Assembly: GCA_017654855.1 (NCBI GenBank)
Contig: CM030332.1
Location: forward strand, 6,262,001 to 6,326,000
Direction: 5' to 3'
DNA length: 64,000 bases
Origin: Podospora anserina
Lineage: Eukaryota
The position numbers and the translations under genes were made by a program. This document shows, piece by piece, positions 13,301-27,396 of the stretch (the first letter of the stretch is position 1; every line of letters starts with the position of its first letter). The notes under the pieces were generated by a model. That model saw nothing but the letters and a program-made list of their open reading frames with translations. It was not told where the DNA came from and made no database searches.

Positions 13301-16300
13301 CTTTACCAAAAAGGGAGCCGTAGTCTGAACAGCTGATGCCGCGGGGTTGCGGAATAGGTAGTATTCGACGAGAATCCGTGTTTCGGGCAACAGCTTGGCA
13401 AGACACCGGACACAGGGCTTTCCGAAAGCTTCAAAACAGCCTTGGGTCCAGGGGCTCTTCTCAGGTAGATGGACTTTTGGACTTTTGGATATGCCTTCAA
13501 AGTGGAATATCGTGTGGAATATCGTGTGCAAATAGAAGTTGCACAAGACCTCAGGTCGAAACCAGAAGGGCAAGAATTGCCCCGCATGTCGTTGCTCCTT
13601 CCGAGACAACGAACATGATGTGTCACGGGAGGTTCATTCCATTCCCCACATTTTACGGGAGTCTGAACCTTATTTTCCTCAGCCACAGTTTGCAGAACAA
13701 GGTGTTCCTTTCTATTTGCCCTATCTTGCGGTAAATAATTTTGCACATGAATTGATCCCGACACTGCGGCACCCGAGCTTGGGGTATTCAGCTGTGCCTC
13801 TTCATCCCATCACCACTGCCGCCATCCCCCGCCTTTTGACACCTTTGCATCTGAACTCTTCCCACTCTCCGTGAGCTTCGCCGCCGGGATCACGGTCGGC
13901 GGTTGGGTGAGGCGGTGCGGAGCCGGTACCCGCCCCGACCGGCCGACAACCCCGGCCAGACAGGTCCCACAAACGGCCACTAGATTCATTCAACGCCCGC
14001 TAAACTTCCACACTTGGACAGCCGAGTTCCAGGCCACCTCGCCGGCCAACTCTGCTGCAACTTGCGGCACGGAACCTTATCCCCCCATGTCTCTGTCTTG
14101 CTGTCATCGTTCATCAATCTTTCTGTCCGCCCCCCGTGCCGAGCCTCGAACGGATGGTGGGAGCGGTCCGGTCTCGCCAGCAGCTCGGTTGGCGAGAGTC
14201 GTCGTCTTTAATCATCACCTGTCACTCTATTGATGATTGATATTAGCGTTCCCGACTTTTCGACGGCGGTAATCCCACGTCAAACCAGGATCGTGAGGCT
14301 AGCCGGCGCCCCGTGGAGGCCATCTTGACGGATTGGTTCAGGGATAGCCGTAAACGGAAACCGAGCCCATATTGCCCGACCTCCAGCGAGCAGCGCCCTG
14401 TGGCATCGCTGTGGTGCCGTGGGAGTCGCGTCCCAGCCACTGGAGTATTACCTCGATCCTACCGCCCGCCGCCCTCGTTTTGTGGTAACGGGCTGGAGTT
14501 TGCTGCTGGTGTGTGGTGAGGAGCGGTGGTACCTCGGGCACTCTTTGATTGCCTGCCTATATGATGGCTGCTATATACCAGGCTCTCCAGCACTTCTTCC
14601 ACAGCGGGGTTACATTCAGCGTTCCCTGGTGTTCCCTGGCTTGTGCTCAAGCTGTTGCTCCAGCTCCAGCCAGATGGACCGTCCAACGTCACACGCCGAA
14701 CCTCTGCCCCCCCTGCGAGCAATACCGGTTCCCAGGCGGATATTATCCGACTTGCGGGCAGATCGACGTGGCGCACGTCTTGGTGCCCCTCGCTTAGCAC
14801 AGTCAAAGCATTGGTGCCTCTTTAGGAATGGTTGATGATCGACGAGCGTTTTCGACGTTTCTGGGCTCGGGGAATATGCCACGCTGCCCTCGCATGCCAT
14901 CGTCATGGTCTTAACCAGCTTCCTCTTTGGGCCACCGCACCACCATCCATATCGTCATGAGGAGAGCTGCATCGCTGACTTGATTGTCCGCCATTCGGGG
15001 CGATGCAACGTAGGCATCTGGAGCATGCCAGTGTACCGTTGTTTTGTTTCCCTTTCGATGGCGGTGGCCTTGTTCTCGTCGTGCCCGCCTCCGAGTCAAT
15101 AACGAGCGCTGCCATCGCTCCGGTCATATCACCGCCGCAGTATCGATAGAAGACGCCAGCTATCAGACCATGATGCTTACTACGCCGCAGTATCCAGTTC
15201 CGCCTGCCTTTTTTGAAGCCCGAGCCACATCGCTTCGCTCAGTGTGGTAGACGAGATCTGGGTTCGGTCAGACAAATAGGTACAGCGGTCACTGTCTTTT
15301 ATCACGAGCCAAGCTGCAGCACGATCGATCCAGGCATGCTCGGCGGGCAAGCCAAAGGCTTTGTCATGCTTTGTTGAGAGTGTCTCTCCGTACCAGAATA
15401 CCTGGATATCCGTTAAGGTGGAAGTCACCTCATTGCAGCCTTATTCCATCGAATATCTACGCCAGTAGTGACGAAAATATGTTGACACTTCAGCTTCCCG
15501 ACGTTTGCCTTGCGTAGCTAAGCTCCATCATTTGAGACATAAACGGAGTCACCAGTGGTGCAGCCAGATACCTACGTTACCAATGACGACTGCACGAATA
15601 GTCGGGCTTGCTTCTACCAGTCACGACTGCAGCTCCGTCACTAGAAGCTTGCCTCGCATGCAGAGAGCTCTTGAAGGCTGTTGGAGGTCGTCCCTATGAT
15701 CTTCGGCTTCCCATGTCGATCAGCATGGTACCCATGCCTGACCTGAGCTTGATGGGAGGTGTGACGGCAACAGGGGAAATCAGCAAGTGCAACGTTCATC
15801 TGCTCCTCCACAGGCTCTTCATCCCTTCAGCCCGGATTGCTACCCAATCTAGTTTGGCGCACAACGGGGCAGCCCTGCATCTGCCAGGGTGTTATTATCG
15901 ATCTCCCAGTACCAAACCTCTGGCAAACCAACCGCAAGGCAGGCTTTTGGAATTGTCCTTTGTCGCTGCTCAGGCGCGGGTACAAAGTAGCGTACGTAGC
16001 CTACCAGCCCTTCTCGCCGCCTTTACCGCAGTATGGATGTCCTTCATGCATTTCACATTTGTGGCGTCCTGTACCGCCATAGCCGAATGCGAGTTGCAAT
16101 TTACCGCAACTCTGCCGCCGAGCAACCCCTCCTCCCCATATTATCGATATGATAGATATCAAGACCATCACAAGCAATTAGCGCGCCAAGGCCCCCAAGC
16201 TTTTGTTTAGAGCGCCAGGAAATGACATCTTTTGGACAGGATATGACAAACTGAGCTCTTGGTGCGAAGCTGCTCCAACACAACCTTAGTTGTCTCCTGG

Positions 16301-19300
16301 CCTCTATCTAAGCACGATGCCCTCTGGCGCCAATGGACCAAACCACAACGTAACATCGTACTGAGTTGTGAGCCTAGTGAGCAGCGTCACTCAGTGTGGC
16401 GCAGACAGCTCAGGAAGCAGTCAGGATCGTACTGTGCAAGCTCTGGAGGGATTGACGTTATCTTCACTTCCGAAGACATATCTCGGTAATTTTTTTTAAA
16501 AAAAAAATGCTGGAACAACTGGTACTGATACTCGGGGGAATTTGCGGCCGAGATTTCGTATCAAGGTCCCTCACGGTACCTTCACCTCACGCCTCTTGGG
16601 CCGCCCTAAGACGGAACATCGCTCGTGGTATCCGGTGGTTAGGGAAATTTCGCACCTTGGCAACGCTTTGTTGGGTCACCGACGCACTACGGCTGGAGGA
16701 GAAGGAAGCGAGGCCGTTAGTGTGGCGGTTGGCGAGATCGTGCTCCGGCTGGCAGTGGCTGCTGACCCAGGCTGTATATCAGTGTGGTGACTGCGATCTT
16801 TGGGTCTTCGATATTGCGACCCTGAAAGCCTTTTATCTACGCCACACAACCGAGCTTCCGTCATGTTCAAAGCTCAAATAGGAAGCTCAGTAGCGAGACC
16901 ACCACCAATTCAAGTTGCTAGCCGTCCTAGCCGTTGGATTATCACCAGTCCACCAGCAGTGGAGGTGCTTCAGGGTACACTCGCGACTTGCTTCTGGCAC
17001 CTCGTCGGTTTGGCTGGTGCAAGCGGGTCCTTCAGGACCTTCTCCCACACGTATTCCGAAGAATGACGGAAACATCTCATGAAAGTGTGGAGCGCGGGAG
17101 GATGGGCCTCGAGATATGGCCACTCTTAGCTCCCCAGCAACAGCATGCTTCTTCTGGCCTTGAAGCAAAAGACTGTCTCGCGAAACTTGTCGTCGGAGCC
17201 AGCGATGGGAGGATGCGTTGCCTAGGAGCTTACTCGCTGATGGTACATCTGTCACCTGCATGTCGACGACGTCTTGCTGGCACCTCAACATCACGAGTTC
17301 CCAGGTTATCCATAGCGATCCCTGCGATCGAATACATTGGGGACCCGCAGACGCACGTTTGCACCGCTCTGGCCATTTCTCAGTATCTCTACTTGTGCAC
17401 CTGGCAAAACTCACAGAATGGTAGGCTGGAACAGATCTATCATCCATGTTGAGGCACAGAAAGGACAGTTCTTGCCGCCAACTGAGATGAAGCGCCGAAT
17501 GTGATTCAGGACTATCGCAAAGAAGATGACGAGCTTGGTACATGTGGTCCGGCTTGTCTGTGTCTCGCTCCTCTGGTCGAACAAGCCCATGGTGACAGAG
17601 GAACCTTCTCCTCTGGACCGGGCCTTTTTTTGCTCGTGTCACCGTAATCCACGCTCGAAGTTCCGGCTGGAACAGAAGTGGAGTGATAGCTGATTCGGGA
17701 GATTGGATCTACTGAAGCATCGACAATACCAGAGAAAGCTCATCGGCCATACGTACGTCCCTTGACCCTGACACCGTGAGCCTGCTGTCGTCGAATGAGC
17801 ACGCGACGTCTCGTGTTCGCAACGTAAACATTACATTCGCGCCACAGGAACAACGACGATGGTCTAGGCATGTGGCAACGAGCCAAAAGAACAATAGCCT
17901 GTGTATCACCCCGACGTCGGAAGAAGGCTCAATGAACACCACTGAACAAACTCGGAGTCTGCACAGCTGGCGCGCAGTTGCTGCCAGCCTATATCCAAAG
18001 AAGAAAATCATCTTGCAGTAACCAACCAGACCCGATGCTACGCAACTCAGCCCTCCCTCCCCAATGCGGGAGTCGCACCGGCACTTGGACGGTCTTGTCA
18101 TGGGCCTCCTGTGATCGCTGTTACCCTCGGGAGTGTCACTGTGGTCAGGGGTGAGCACACGCTGCCGGCTCTGGAAACGGAGACGGGGTTTCATTCTCCA
18201 TGAAGATGACAGTCACTCCCGGCACTTTCATTTTGCAGAGAAGGCTACAACTGACTGGGTTCTAGTGATTCAAGACTAAGGATAGAATCAGTTCAATCGT
18301 ACTTTTCTCACCAGCGACGTTGGCGTCGTTGCTCAAGACGTTTACGATTAAGCCTCAAGGGTTTTACCTGTTTGGACTAGTCTCAACGTTCATTGGGCCA
18401 AATCAGCGCCGTTTTCTTGACCGTTGCAAGAAATGTCTCACTTTGTTTCCATCGCTTCTGGGGCAGGCGTCAATCTCTAGTCTCCCCCAATCAAACCCCC
18501 CTGACGACAGAGCAGCCGATCCTTTCTCCACTTTTCCCATCTTTTGATTATTTCCCTTCTGGGCTCATTTTTTCTTCTTCTCCTTCTCTCGGTGGCTGGG
18601 GAGAAGAGCTGGGGATCAAGATTCTGGCCAGCGCCAGTGCCACCCCCCTGCTGTTGCCCACTGGCAACTTGGAAACTGTGGCTGACACTTCCAGGTTCTT
18701 AACCCGCTGCCTAGCGTGAAAAAGAAAGCAAAGATCGTTCGATTATCTGCTGCCAACATCGAAAACGGCTTGGCTTGGGAAGAGACCCTGGAACATCGGG
18801 GGTTCCCCACGGACGCTTGTGAGTAGCCACACCCACGCAGTGCTTTTCACATTCAGCACAAACTCGATGACCACAACTTTTTTCTGTCATCTTGAGTTGC
18901 ACTGCTGGCAAGGAAACAGTCATGATCGACACTTTTGAGCTCGTCTAGTGACGTGAGGAGCCGGCGGCCGACAGACCTAACACATATCTTATACCTGGCA
19001 AACAATCAACATCCAGACCTGTTGGGTACAGAACTGCATGATTATTTGTGTTGCCCAAGGGACGGGCTGGCGAGATCCTGATGCATGGACAGCTAGATAG
19101 GCCTCCCTATGCAGCAGGTGCATACTGTAGGTACGGAGGATATGAGGTCTATCTGGTTGTTGCTGCTGCTGCTGGACTCACCGTATTTCTGACATGATCG
19201 TGATGTACTCTGTGAGGGCGATCAAGTTTAGGGGGGTGGGGGGGGGCACAGCTGCAAGCCTCTTGAGCCCAAACCCTGTTTATTCCACCCCCGCTCAATC

Positions 19301-22107
19301 ACAAGACGGACTTTTTTCCCCTGGCCCTCGGTTTCCGATACGAGCTTGGAGAGGTGGTCTGGCATATGAATATGGGGGTTTATTTTGATGGTTTGATCAT
19401 TGATATCAAGATTGGGTGGGGAGGATTGTTGATGGCAGGTGGTTGTTATCTTTCTTGATGTGTACAACATGCAGCAATCTATCAGGATGCCCTTGACACA
19501 TAGAGGATGCAGGCCAGGATGAACACAACAGCAACAACAACAAGTCAGAAATCATCAACGAGATTTCCACAAAGTCAGCGGCGGGCGGCAGATCGGCGCT
19601 CGCATGCCGGGGCGAGACAAGGGCAGCGACAGCCGAGACATGACAGGGGTTGTGAAAGGTCCGTGGAATTCGATGCAATATGGGGTTTTTCTGGTCGTGG
19701 ATCCCGCGGATCTTCTTTTTCTCTCTCATCAGTGAGTGGTGAAGTCGTTGGCTGCACGGCAGGGCCGTGAGATTAATCGCTCCTCTCGTCTCCTCATCCA
19801 CTTTTTGTCATCACTTTCACACACACACACTTACACATACACACTCGTTGCTTTTCCACATGGCTGCTGCTGCAGTGTTCTCGACGCCTCAATGAAAAGG
19901 GGGTTACTGATGAGGGATGGATTGGGGCTGGAACGCTGGGTGATCTACAGGATATCGATTTCTTTGGATTTTGATCGATATCACTATGCGCGGATGGTAG
20001 GTTGTGGCTTGAGAAGGGGATGGTACGGAGGAGATGGGTTTCATTCCTGCTGTTCTTGCTGCCCAAGTGTGACGACACTGGACTTTGGATGATGAATATC
20101 CCTCGGTAGGTAGGTAGTGTCGGTAGGTAGGTAGGTTGCATTATTACTCCCGCTGATGACTTTGATCGGTAGGTTTCAATCTAGATAAAGTGGCCATTTC
20201 ATATCCAATATCCGTAGACGATATTGCACCCTGCCTGTTTGAACACGAGTCTGACGAATAGACGAGAAAAAAAAGAAAAAACCTGGCTAGAACCTTTTTT
20301 CAAGGTCCCAAAAGTACCGGGTCGGCCCCTAAGCTGGATCGCCCATCATCGTCATTATCGTTCGAGAATCCACTCCTTTGATATGATGGGGAAGTGATTG
20401 GCGTGCATGTGTGTATGTACAGTATAAACCTATCGAGGTTCGGGACAAGACAAGAAACGACGATGATCATGCCCCAGGCTCGGAAGTCTCATCCGAAGCT
20501 AATGTAACCTTTTGTGTGTCACTGTCGGAGTAGTGTATCTTTGCTAGATGACATATACAGCAAGTGATACGTCAAGATCAACGGGCTTTTCTATCTGGGG
20601 AAGCTAGAACTTGGGTTCTAGGATGTTCTTTCAGAGTGGGAAAGGTGATGGGCCAATAAATCCCGGATGGGGGTTACGCTTGAAGGATAACGGTTACAAC
20701 GCTTGGAGACGTCATTGTCGATCTTTGGGGATCTTTGACGGGGTTGATCATCACCGCGACGGGGTTGGGTTCTGGATGAATGGGCGATTTTGAGGAAGTC
20801 TAGGTGGCATGGGTGGTGGGAATGTGATATATGTAAGCGGCCACACAGCGGTGAAGGGGGGAGCTGGTTTTGGAGGGACTTGGGGAAGGGGAAGTAAGAG
20901 CTAGACAAGGGAGTGGCGTAGGGATTGCGAGGAGCGAGGGTTGGCGGGTGGTCATGTGATTGTGGGTGAATTGGGGGTGATATGGATTTTGGAAAGGGGG
21001 TGGGGGAGAGGAGAGTGTTAGTAAAGGGGATATAAACATTGAGTGATATGGGGTCAGCGACACTGACAAAGTATGTATCTGAGCTGAATGAAAGCCCGGT
21101 AAGAGGGCGAGTACTACTCAACTTCTTCTTCTTCTTTGCCGATGTTCTACCTATGTACGTCACATCATCAGCATCACTCACTTGTATTTCTGTTACCCAT
21201 CCTCCCATTCTGTCCTCTCCTTGATAATACCTACATGGCAAAGATGAAGATTCCCTAGACCACTTCTACAATCACATCTGAATATAAAGGCTTGATACCC
21301 GTTTCCACTATTCCCTCGTTCGTTCCCATGATAGCTCGCTGAGGAGGCTTGGAACCTCCAATACCTGACAGGTGAAATAGAGGGTAAATGCATATCTCAA
21401 AGGACCTCCTTTCGCTTTCCTGGCCACTCCCTGGCATCTAAAAATGCGTGGACCAGCCCAACCACAAACACTCAAAACCCCATCAACATCAAGGAATGTA
21501 CTTCTAACAGTATTCTCTACCTGTACCTGACCAATATATGCTAATGATGGCGATGAATGAGAGGTGTCTTCCCAAACTCCCAACTCCGCGTGTGCCCCTT
21601 TGAACGAGGCTGCTATAGGTAAATTAACAACTGTGTAGTCCAAACAACTTTCATAAACACACCAAACACCCCACCATTTCCTCCCATTCCAAAAGAACGC
21701 CCTTTCGTTTCTTGCTCCTAAGAGATTGTTTCCTGAAATCGTATCATCCAACATGTGTGCACCTCCCACAAAGAAAGCCCAACAGCAAAAGAAAAAACTC
21801 CAGACGCTCCATGCCACACCCCCTTGTTTTCTTCCCCCTCCATCTCCTGTGAAGTTCTGACAAAGGGAAGTGAAAAAAGCAATGTAAACGAGCGACTTGG
21901 GTATCAATCCACCTCACCCCTCGGAATATACATAACCAACACCCACACATCTACCCACTCTCAGGAATTAATCCTCCATTCCATCCCCATTTCCACCAAC
22001 CTCCCCACCCCCGCATTCAACACCGGCGGGAAATACGCATCGGCCTTGCCGCCATGCTTGCCCCCCGCCGCCGGACAATTGTCAGTCGCCCTTCTGTCAA
22101 AAGCCTT

Positions 22108-24495
22108 CTAAGCCTTGACAATCGGCTTCCTCCTCACCAAAAACGGACTCGGCATCTCGTCCGTCTCCGGATTCCACACAGCTGCCGGCTCAGCGCCCAA
22201 CCCCCTATTAGCAGCAGCAGCATGCTCCCTAAACGCCCTCACCGGACTCCCTCCCCCTCCCATCCCCCCCGTGTTCGCATTCAACCCGCTGCTGAACCCC
22301 TCCCCAGTCATGATCCCGCTCAACGGCCTACCCCCAGCCCTAGCCTGCTGAAGCTCAACCAGTGTCCTACCCTGGATATTTGACCTCATCCCGCCAGAAA
22401 TCTTGTTAAGACCCGTCATACTGACCGTTGTATGCAGCTCCCCTTCCTTCTTGGCGTCAGAGAGATTCTTGTTTAACCCCGCCGCACTAGGAATCTTGCT
22501 CAACCTCCTCAACCCGGGGCTGTTTCCTTGTTGCTGCTGCTGTTGTCCAAGAGCACCATTGCTCCCCGCCTGCCTGAGCGTCAACCCCCCAGTTCCAAAG
22601 TCAGGGTTGCTCGCCACCGCCCCAACAGTCTTGCTTTGCAAGGTAGTCGTCTGCTTGCTTTGCAGCCTATGCACAGGCATACTCTTTTGCGCATGCAACT
22701 GCGGCCTCCCCTTGCTGGTAAAGGGGTTCTTGCTCGAGGCCTTGATATTCCTCGTCGGGCTGGGCATATCCTCATCATCCGAGTCACTCCCATAGTTTAC
22801 CGGTGACGGAGGCCTGTCGCCCGAAGCTTGCGTGTTAGCCGCCGCAGCAGCAAAGATATTCGATGGGTTGTGTGGAGCCTTGGTCTCGATTTTCCTTCGG
22901 GGAGAAAGAGACAAGTGGGCAATAGCGACAGGACTGGCATCAACATCCATTGGTGTGCCAACCGGCGGCGCCATCACAAACATGGTCTGGGCTCTCCCAA
23001 AGGGAGTGCGCGCCGTCTTGAAGGACGGTTGCGTCATGGAGGTATCGGCCGGCGATTCAGGCTCGGTGATATCGGTCGTCGAGGGGAACTCGTCCTCTGT
23101 CGGGCTGATAGAGGAAATCGACGAGTGCTGATATGAGTCCTTGGAAGAAGAGAGCTCCGCAGGGCGGTGCTGTTCCTTTTCCTCGAGCTGCTTTCGTCGT
23201 TGGAGTTCGACTTCGAGGCGGGCCTCAACCTTGGCTTCCGCCCTGGCCTCGACTTCCCTCTCAAACTCCTTCTTGAGCCTCTCAATCTCCAACCCTACCA
23301 GCCGGTCAATCTCCAACCTCGCCTTGACTTCCCATTCCCTCCTCAGGGAAGCGTCGATCTCCTGCCTGATCGCCACCTTGTCATGATCCAACAAGGCCAA
23401 CTTCTGGTCCACCTCCCGAATCCGCCTGTTGAGCGAGTCCTCCTTGGCCTTGAGCGTCTTGCTGAACTCGACCACCTCCTTTTCCTTTCTCATCAACCTA
23501 ACCACCGGGAGGTTCAACAATGCCGCCGTGTCCGGTCTCCTATCCGGATTCACCCGGAGGCAGTCCTTGATCACCGCGAAAAGCTCCGACGAATAACAGG
23601 CCGGAAGCGGCGCAATCTTCCCCTCCTTGATCTTCTGGACGAGCTGAAAGTGCGTCTTGGCGTTGAACGGTGGTTCCCTAGTGCAGAGTTCGTAGATGAT
23701 GCATCCCAATGACCAAATGTCGGATTTCAGTGTGTATTTCTCGGCGGCGCAGATTTCGGGGGACATGTAAAAGGGGGTTCCGACGTAGGTGGAGGCGAAG
23801 TCGTGGGAGGCCATCACTTTGGAGAGGCCAAAGTCGCCGAGTTTGACCGAGTTGTCCTCGCCGAGGAAGACTGGAAAGGTTAGTGACGACACCTTATGGA
23901 CAAGGCACTTTTACCAAAAACTTACCATTCTCTGGCTTCAAATCACGATGAAGAATGATGGTGCCACCCGACGGCGCCTTAGGCCTCGCTGTCGTTCCCA
24001 AACCCAACACGGTCTTACCAACTTCTGGTGGGTCGACGCCGTAGTGGCAGCGGTAGAGGGCCGAAACGAGCTGCGAGAAGATGCTCCACACAAACGACTC
24101 CTCAGCATACTGGTTCTTTTGTTGCAACTCCTTGATGACCCGACCGAGATCTCCATTCCCGCAGTATTCCATGTACAGGTGCAAATCTTGGGTCGCCTTG
24201 AGGTGTTCGCGGTGGTAGTAGCCGACAATGTTGGGATGGCGCAGCGTCGAGAGGATCTGGAACTCGGCGTGTAACTGTTCGCGCTCCTTTTGGGACATTT
24301 TGAGGTAGCTGATCTCTTTCCGGCAGAGGATCATGCCGTCCTGCTTGCGGCGTACTCGTCGGATGACGCCAAACGAGCCATGGCCTGTTTGCGGGTGTCA
24401 GACAGAAGAAAACGGAGGACGACGAACAGAGCAAAAGCGACAGGGAAGGACGTACCAATCTTTTCAAGAACTTCATATTTGTCGCTTTCCGACAT
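22108..24495 (-). CDS. nimA: NIMA/Nek G2-specific Ser/Thr protein kinase; exons 24495-24456, 24384-23926, 23870-22108
   Basis: MSESDKYEVLEKIGHGSFG start; kinase motifs HRDLKPEN, VKLGDFGLSK, YVGTPFYMSPE, KSDIWSLG; coiled coil after the kinase domain; C-terminal DEMPSPFL motif; canonical introns 24455-24385 and 23925-23871. Confidence 0.93.
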
Positions 24496-25265
24496 TTTGG
24501 CTTTTTTTATTTATTTTTTTGGATTCTGGATTCCGGGACAGCAACTCGCAGAGCAATTGTCGAATTAGAAATTCCCTCGCTCCATGCGCCGGATCGATTA
24601 ACAAGAGATGATTTGCGATTAAAAAAAAAACAGAACAGATCAGGCACTCAGGGTGCCCTTTTGCTTTCTGCTGCTGCTGTTGGAGAGGGGGGGGGTTAGT
24701 AAATTCGTTTTCTGTCGTTGGGCGGGTGGTTGTCGAAGAATGGGGTGGCAATGGCTGGCTGCACAAAAAGGAGCGAGTTCGAAGATGTGCGTTGCGCTGG
24801 CTGGTCGGGTTCAGAGTCCAAGAGTCAACAGACCCCAGCGGTTGCCTAGGCAGCGGCTACCCAATTTGGACAGCCAGATGCACCATCCCCCATAAAAAAC
24901 GTCAGGGGTTTAACGACCAAGGGGAGCGTGCCACGCCATTGGATGGCGGGGCTTTCAACAAGCGCCTTAGGTAACCCGGCCTATCGATAAGGCTTCGCCC
25001 TCTCTTGGCCGGAGGGGTGCGGGGCGGGCACTGCGGGATCTCAACGGCATCACCAAATGCCGGGGGCCGTGATTGGGAACAGATGGAGATGGATTGGCTT
25101 GGCTCGTGCATGAATCTGAAGGCGCCCGCCACCACCAGTGACCAACATCGCCTCTCACCATTTGAATGGTATTTTTGTGATCTTTTTTACATGGTGGTTT
25201 AGAGCATCGTTTTCTTCTCATAGAATCCCCTCGCATATAAACTGTACAGAAAAGATAGATAGACC

Positions 25266-27396
25266 ATGGTGCTCCGAAAGTTCGAGCTTGAGGCTAAGCT
25301 CAAAGACGACAACCAGCTTATTCAGACTGGAGTCTTGCGAAATGAGCACCCCTTCGACACATCGCCAGAATTCCACGATTTTTTGATGGCATGTCGCCGC
25401 GGTGATTTGAAGCGGTGTCAGGAACTGATCTCTGAGGGCGTTAACATCAACGGCAAAGACGCTTACGATTATACCCCGCTCATCATTGTAAGTCATCATT
25501 CTTTCTTCCTTGGTGTCCCAACCCCAAACACATCATGCATTCCCTCCCATCTTACATACAACTGACTTGTAAAGGCCAGTCTCTGTGGTCATTATGAACT
25601 GGTTCAGCTGTTGTTGGAAAGCGGTGCGTCAACATCTCAGTCAACAAGCTCATTAGTCGAAATACTGACATCATTCAGGGGCCCTGGCCGACCCAGACTC
25701 GTTTGAGAGAGAAAGAGCTGTATACAACGCCTTGAACAACAAGATTCGGAATTTGCTGCTTTCATATGATTACACCAAGACAGCGGATCCGTTGCAGTAC
25801 TGGTCGACCCATATCACATCTCTGCTGTCTCGTGAGATTCCACCAACATCAGACATTACCCTGTCAGCACCCAACGAGGACTTTCACCTGCACAAGTTCA
25901 TCCTGTCAGCGAGGTCACCATATTTCAAGAGAAAGTTTGCGGAAGCGCCCGACACTACCACCTGGAAACTGTCTCACAACGTTCCTGTTGAGGCCTTCCG
26001 GATAGTCCTTCGCTATCTTTACTTGGGTGACCTCCCCCGAGATTTCGTCACCCCACGAAGCACCGTCACTGAGGAAGAGGTCTTCAAAGGCATCGACAAG
26101 CTCTGCAAGCAACTGGAAATCGACAAGCTCTGGGAAGCCGTCCTCTCCAATGACCGCCGACTAGCCCGCCAACGCCAGCAAGACGAAGTCGCCCGCGCAC
26201 AAGATCAGATCTCGGCCTTCTTCCGGGACACAGTTCTAAAACACAAAATCGAAGTAGACACTCGCAAAGCCGGCCAGGTAAAATGGCCCCAGCACAACGC
26301 CATCTTTGCCAATGTATTCCTTCAAGCCGATGAGGAGCTCCCAGAGGATGACACCCCAGAAGAAGAAGAAGAAGAAGATGATGATGATGAATCTCACCCC
26401 CCAACTCCAAACGGAGGCGGCATCCCCATCGGCCCAGCCGGCTCTTCCAAACCATCCACCAAAACCCCAAAGAAACCCCGGCGCTCAACCCTCTACCCAG
26501 TCCACAAACCCTTCCTGATCCGCTCCCCCTACTTCGCAACAATGTTCGCCTCCCCCTTTCTGGAGTCTCAACCCTCCTCCCACCTCCACATCATCCACAT
26601 CGACTGCACCCCCCCAGTCCTAGAAGTAATCCTCTCCTACCTCTACACCGAAGTCTCCACCTGCCCCCTCGAGCATGCCCTCGATCTCCTTTACGCCTCC
26701 GACATGCTTCTGCTCGACGCACTCAAGTCAAAGGCCGCGGTCACGATTTCAACCCTCGGATCAGGCAACACCAACGCTTTGGTCGACCGCACGCACCACC
26801 ACGATGATGGATCGACAACAAAGGAAAAGGTAGAGCAGGAACCGATCAACGTCTATGATGTCATCCACGCGGCGTGGGACTTGTCAGTTCAGCGGCTGGA
26901 GGAGTTTTGCGCGAGGTATCTGGCGAGCAGGCTTGAGGATTACATTGACGAGAAGGAGTTTCACGACTTGATCGCGGAGAGTGCGAGTAGGCTGAAGGCG
27001 AGGCAGGAGACGGACACGATCGAGTTGTTGGATGATATCAGGTATTATCTGGGGGAGAGGTTCAGGTTGAGGTTTGAGGGGGAGGGGTTGGAGGAGATGT
27101 TGGATGATGAGCAGTTTGCGGAGGAGGAGTATCAGGGGTTGGACCTGGAGGGACCGGATGTTGGGTTGGAGGAGTTGGCGATGACGATGGGGGGAGGGGA
27201 GGATGCGGGTTATGTGGGGAATGGGGATGAGGCCGTTGTTGAGGGGGTTGATAGGGGGGATGAAGGGGAAAGGGGGGGGGTGGTTACCTTGGGGGGGGAG
27301 GTGGTGGAGGATGAGTTTGCGAGTGATGCGGTGAATTATCATATTTTGGTGGAGAAGATTGATCGGATGTTGGAGAGTTTGAAGTTGGATGCCTGA
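25266..27396 (+). CDS. Ankyrin-repeat and BTB/POZ domain protein (Btb3/ABTB1-like Cul3 adaptor); exons 25266-25487, 25575-25623, 25679-27396
   Basis: Ankyrin repeats (ACRRGDL...GVNINGKDAYDYTPLIIASLCGHYELVQLLLESGA) reconstructed across two canonical introns; two BTB-like segments (SDITL...FHLHKFILSARSPYF and YPVHKPFLIRSPYFATMF). Confidence 0.88.

Noticed and set aside
15608-17642. 200-, 251- and 172-aa ORFs in the long intergenic region
   Set aside because: Non-ATG starts, overlapping frames, no motifs or coding-like bias.
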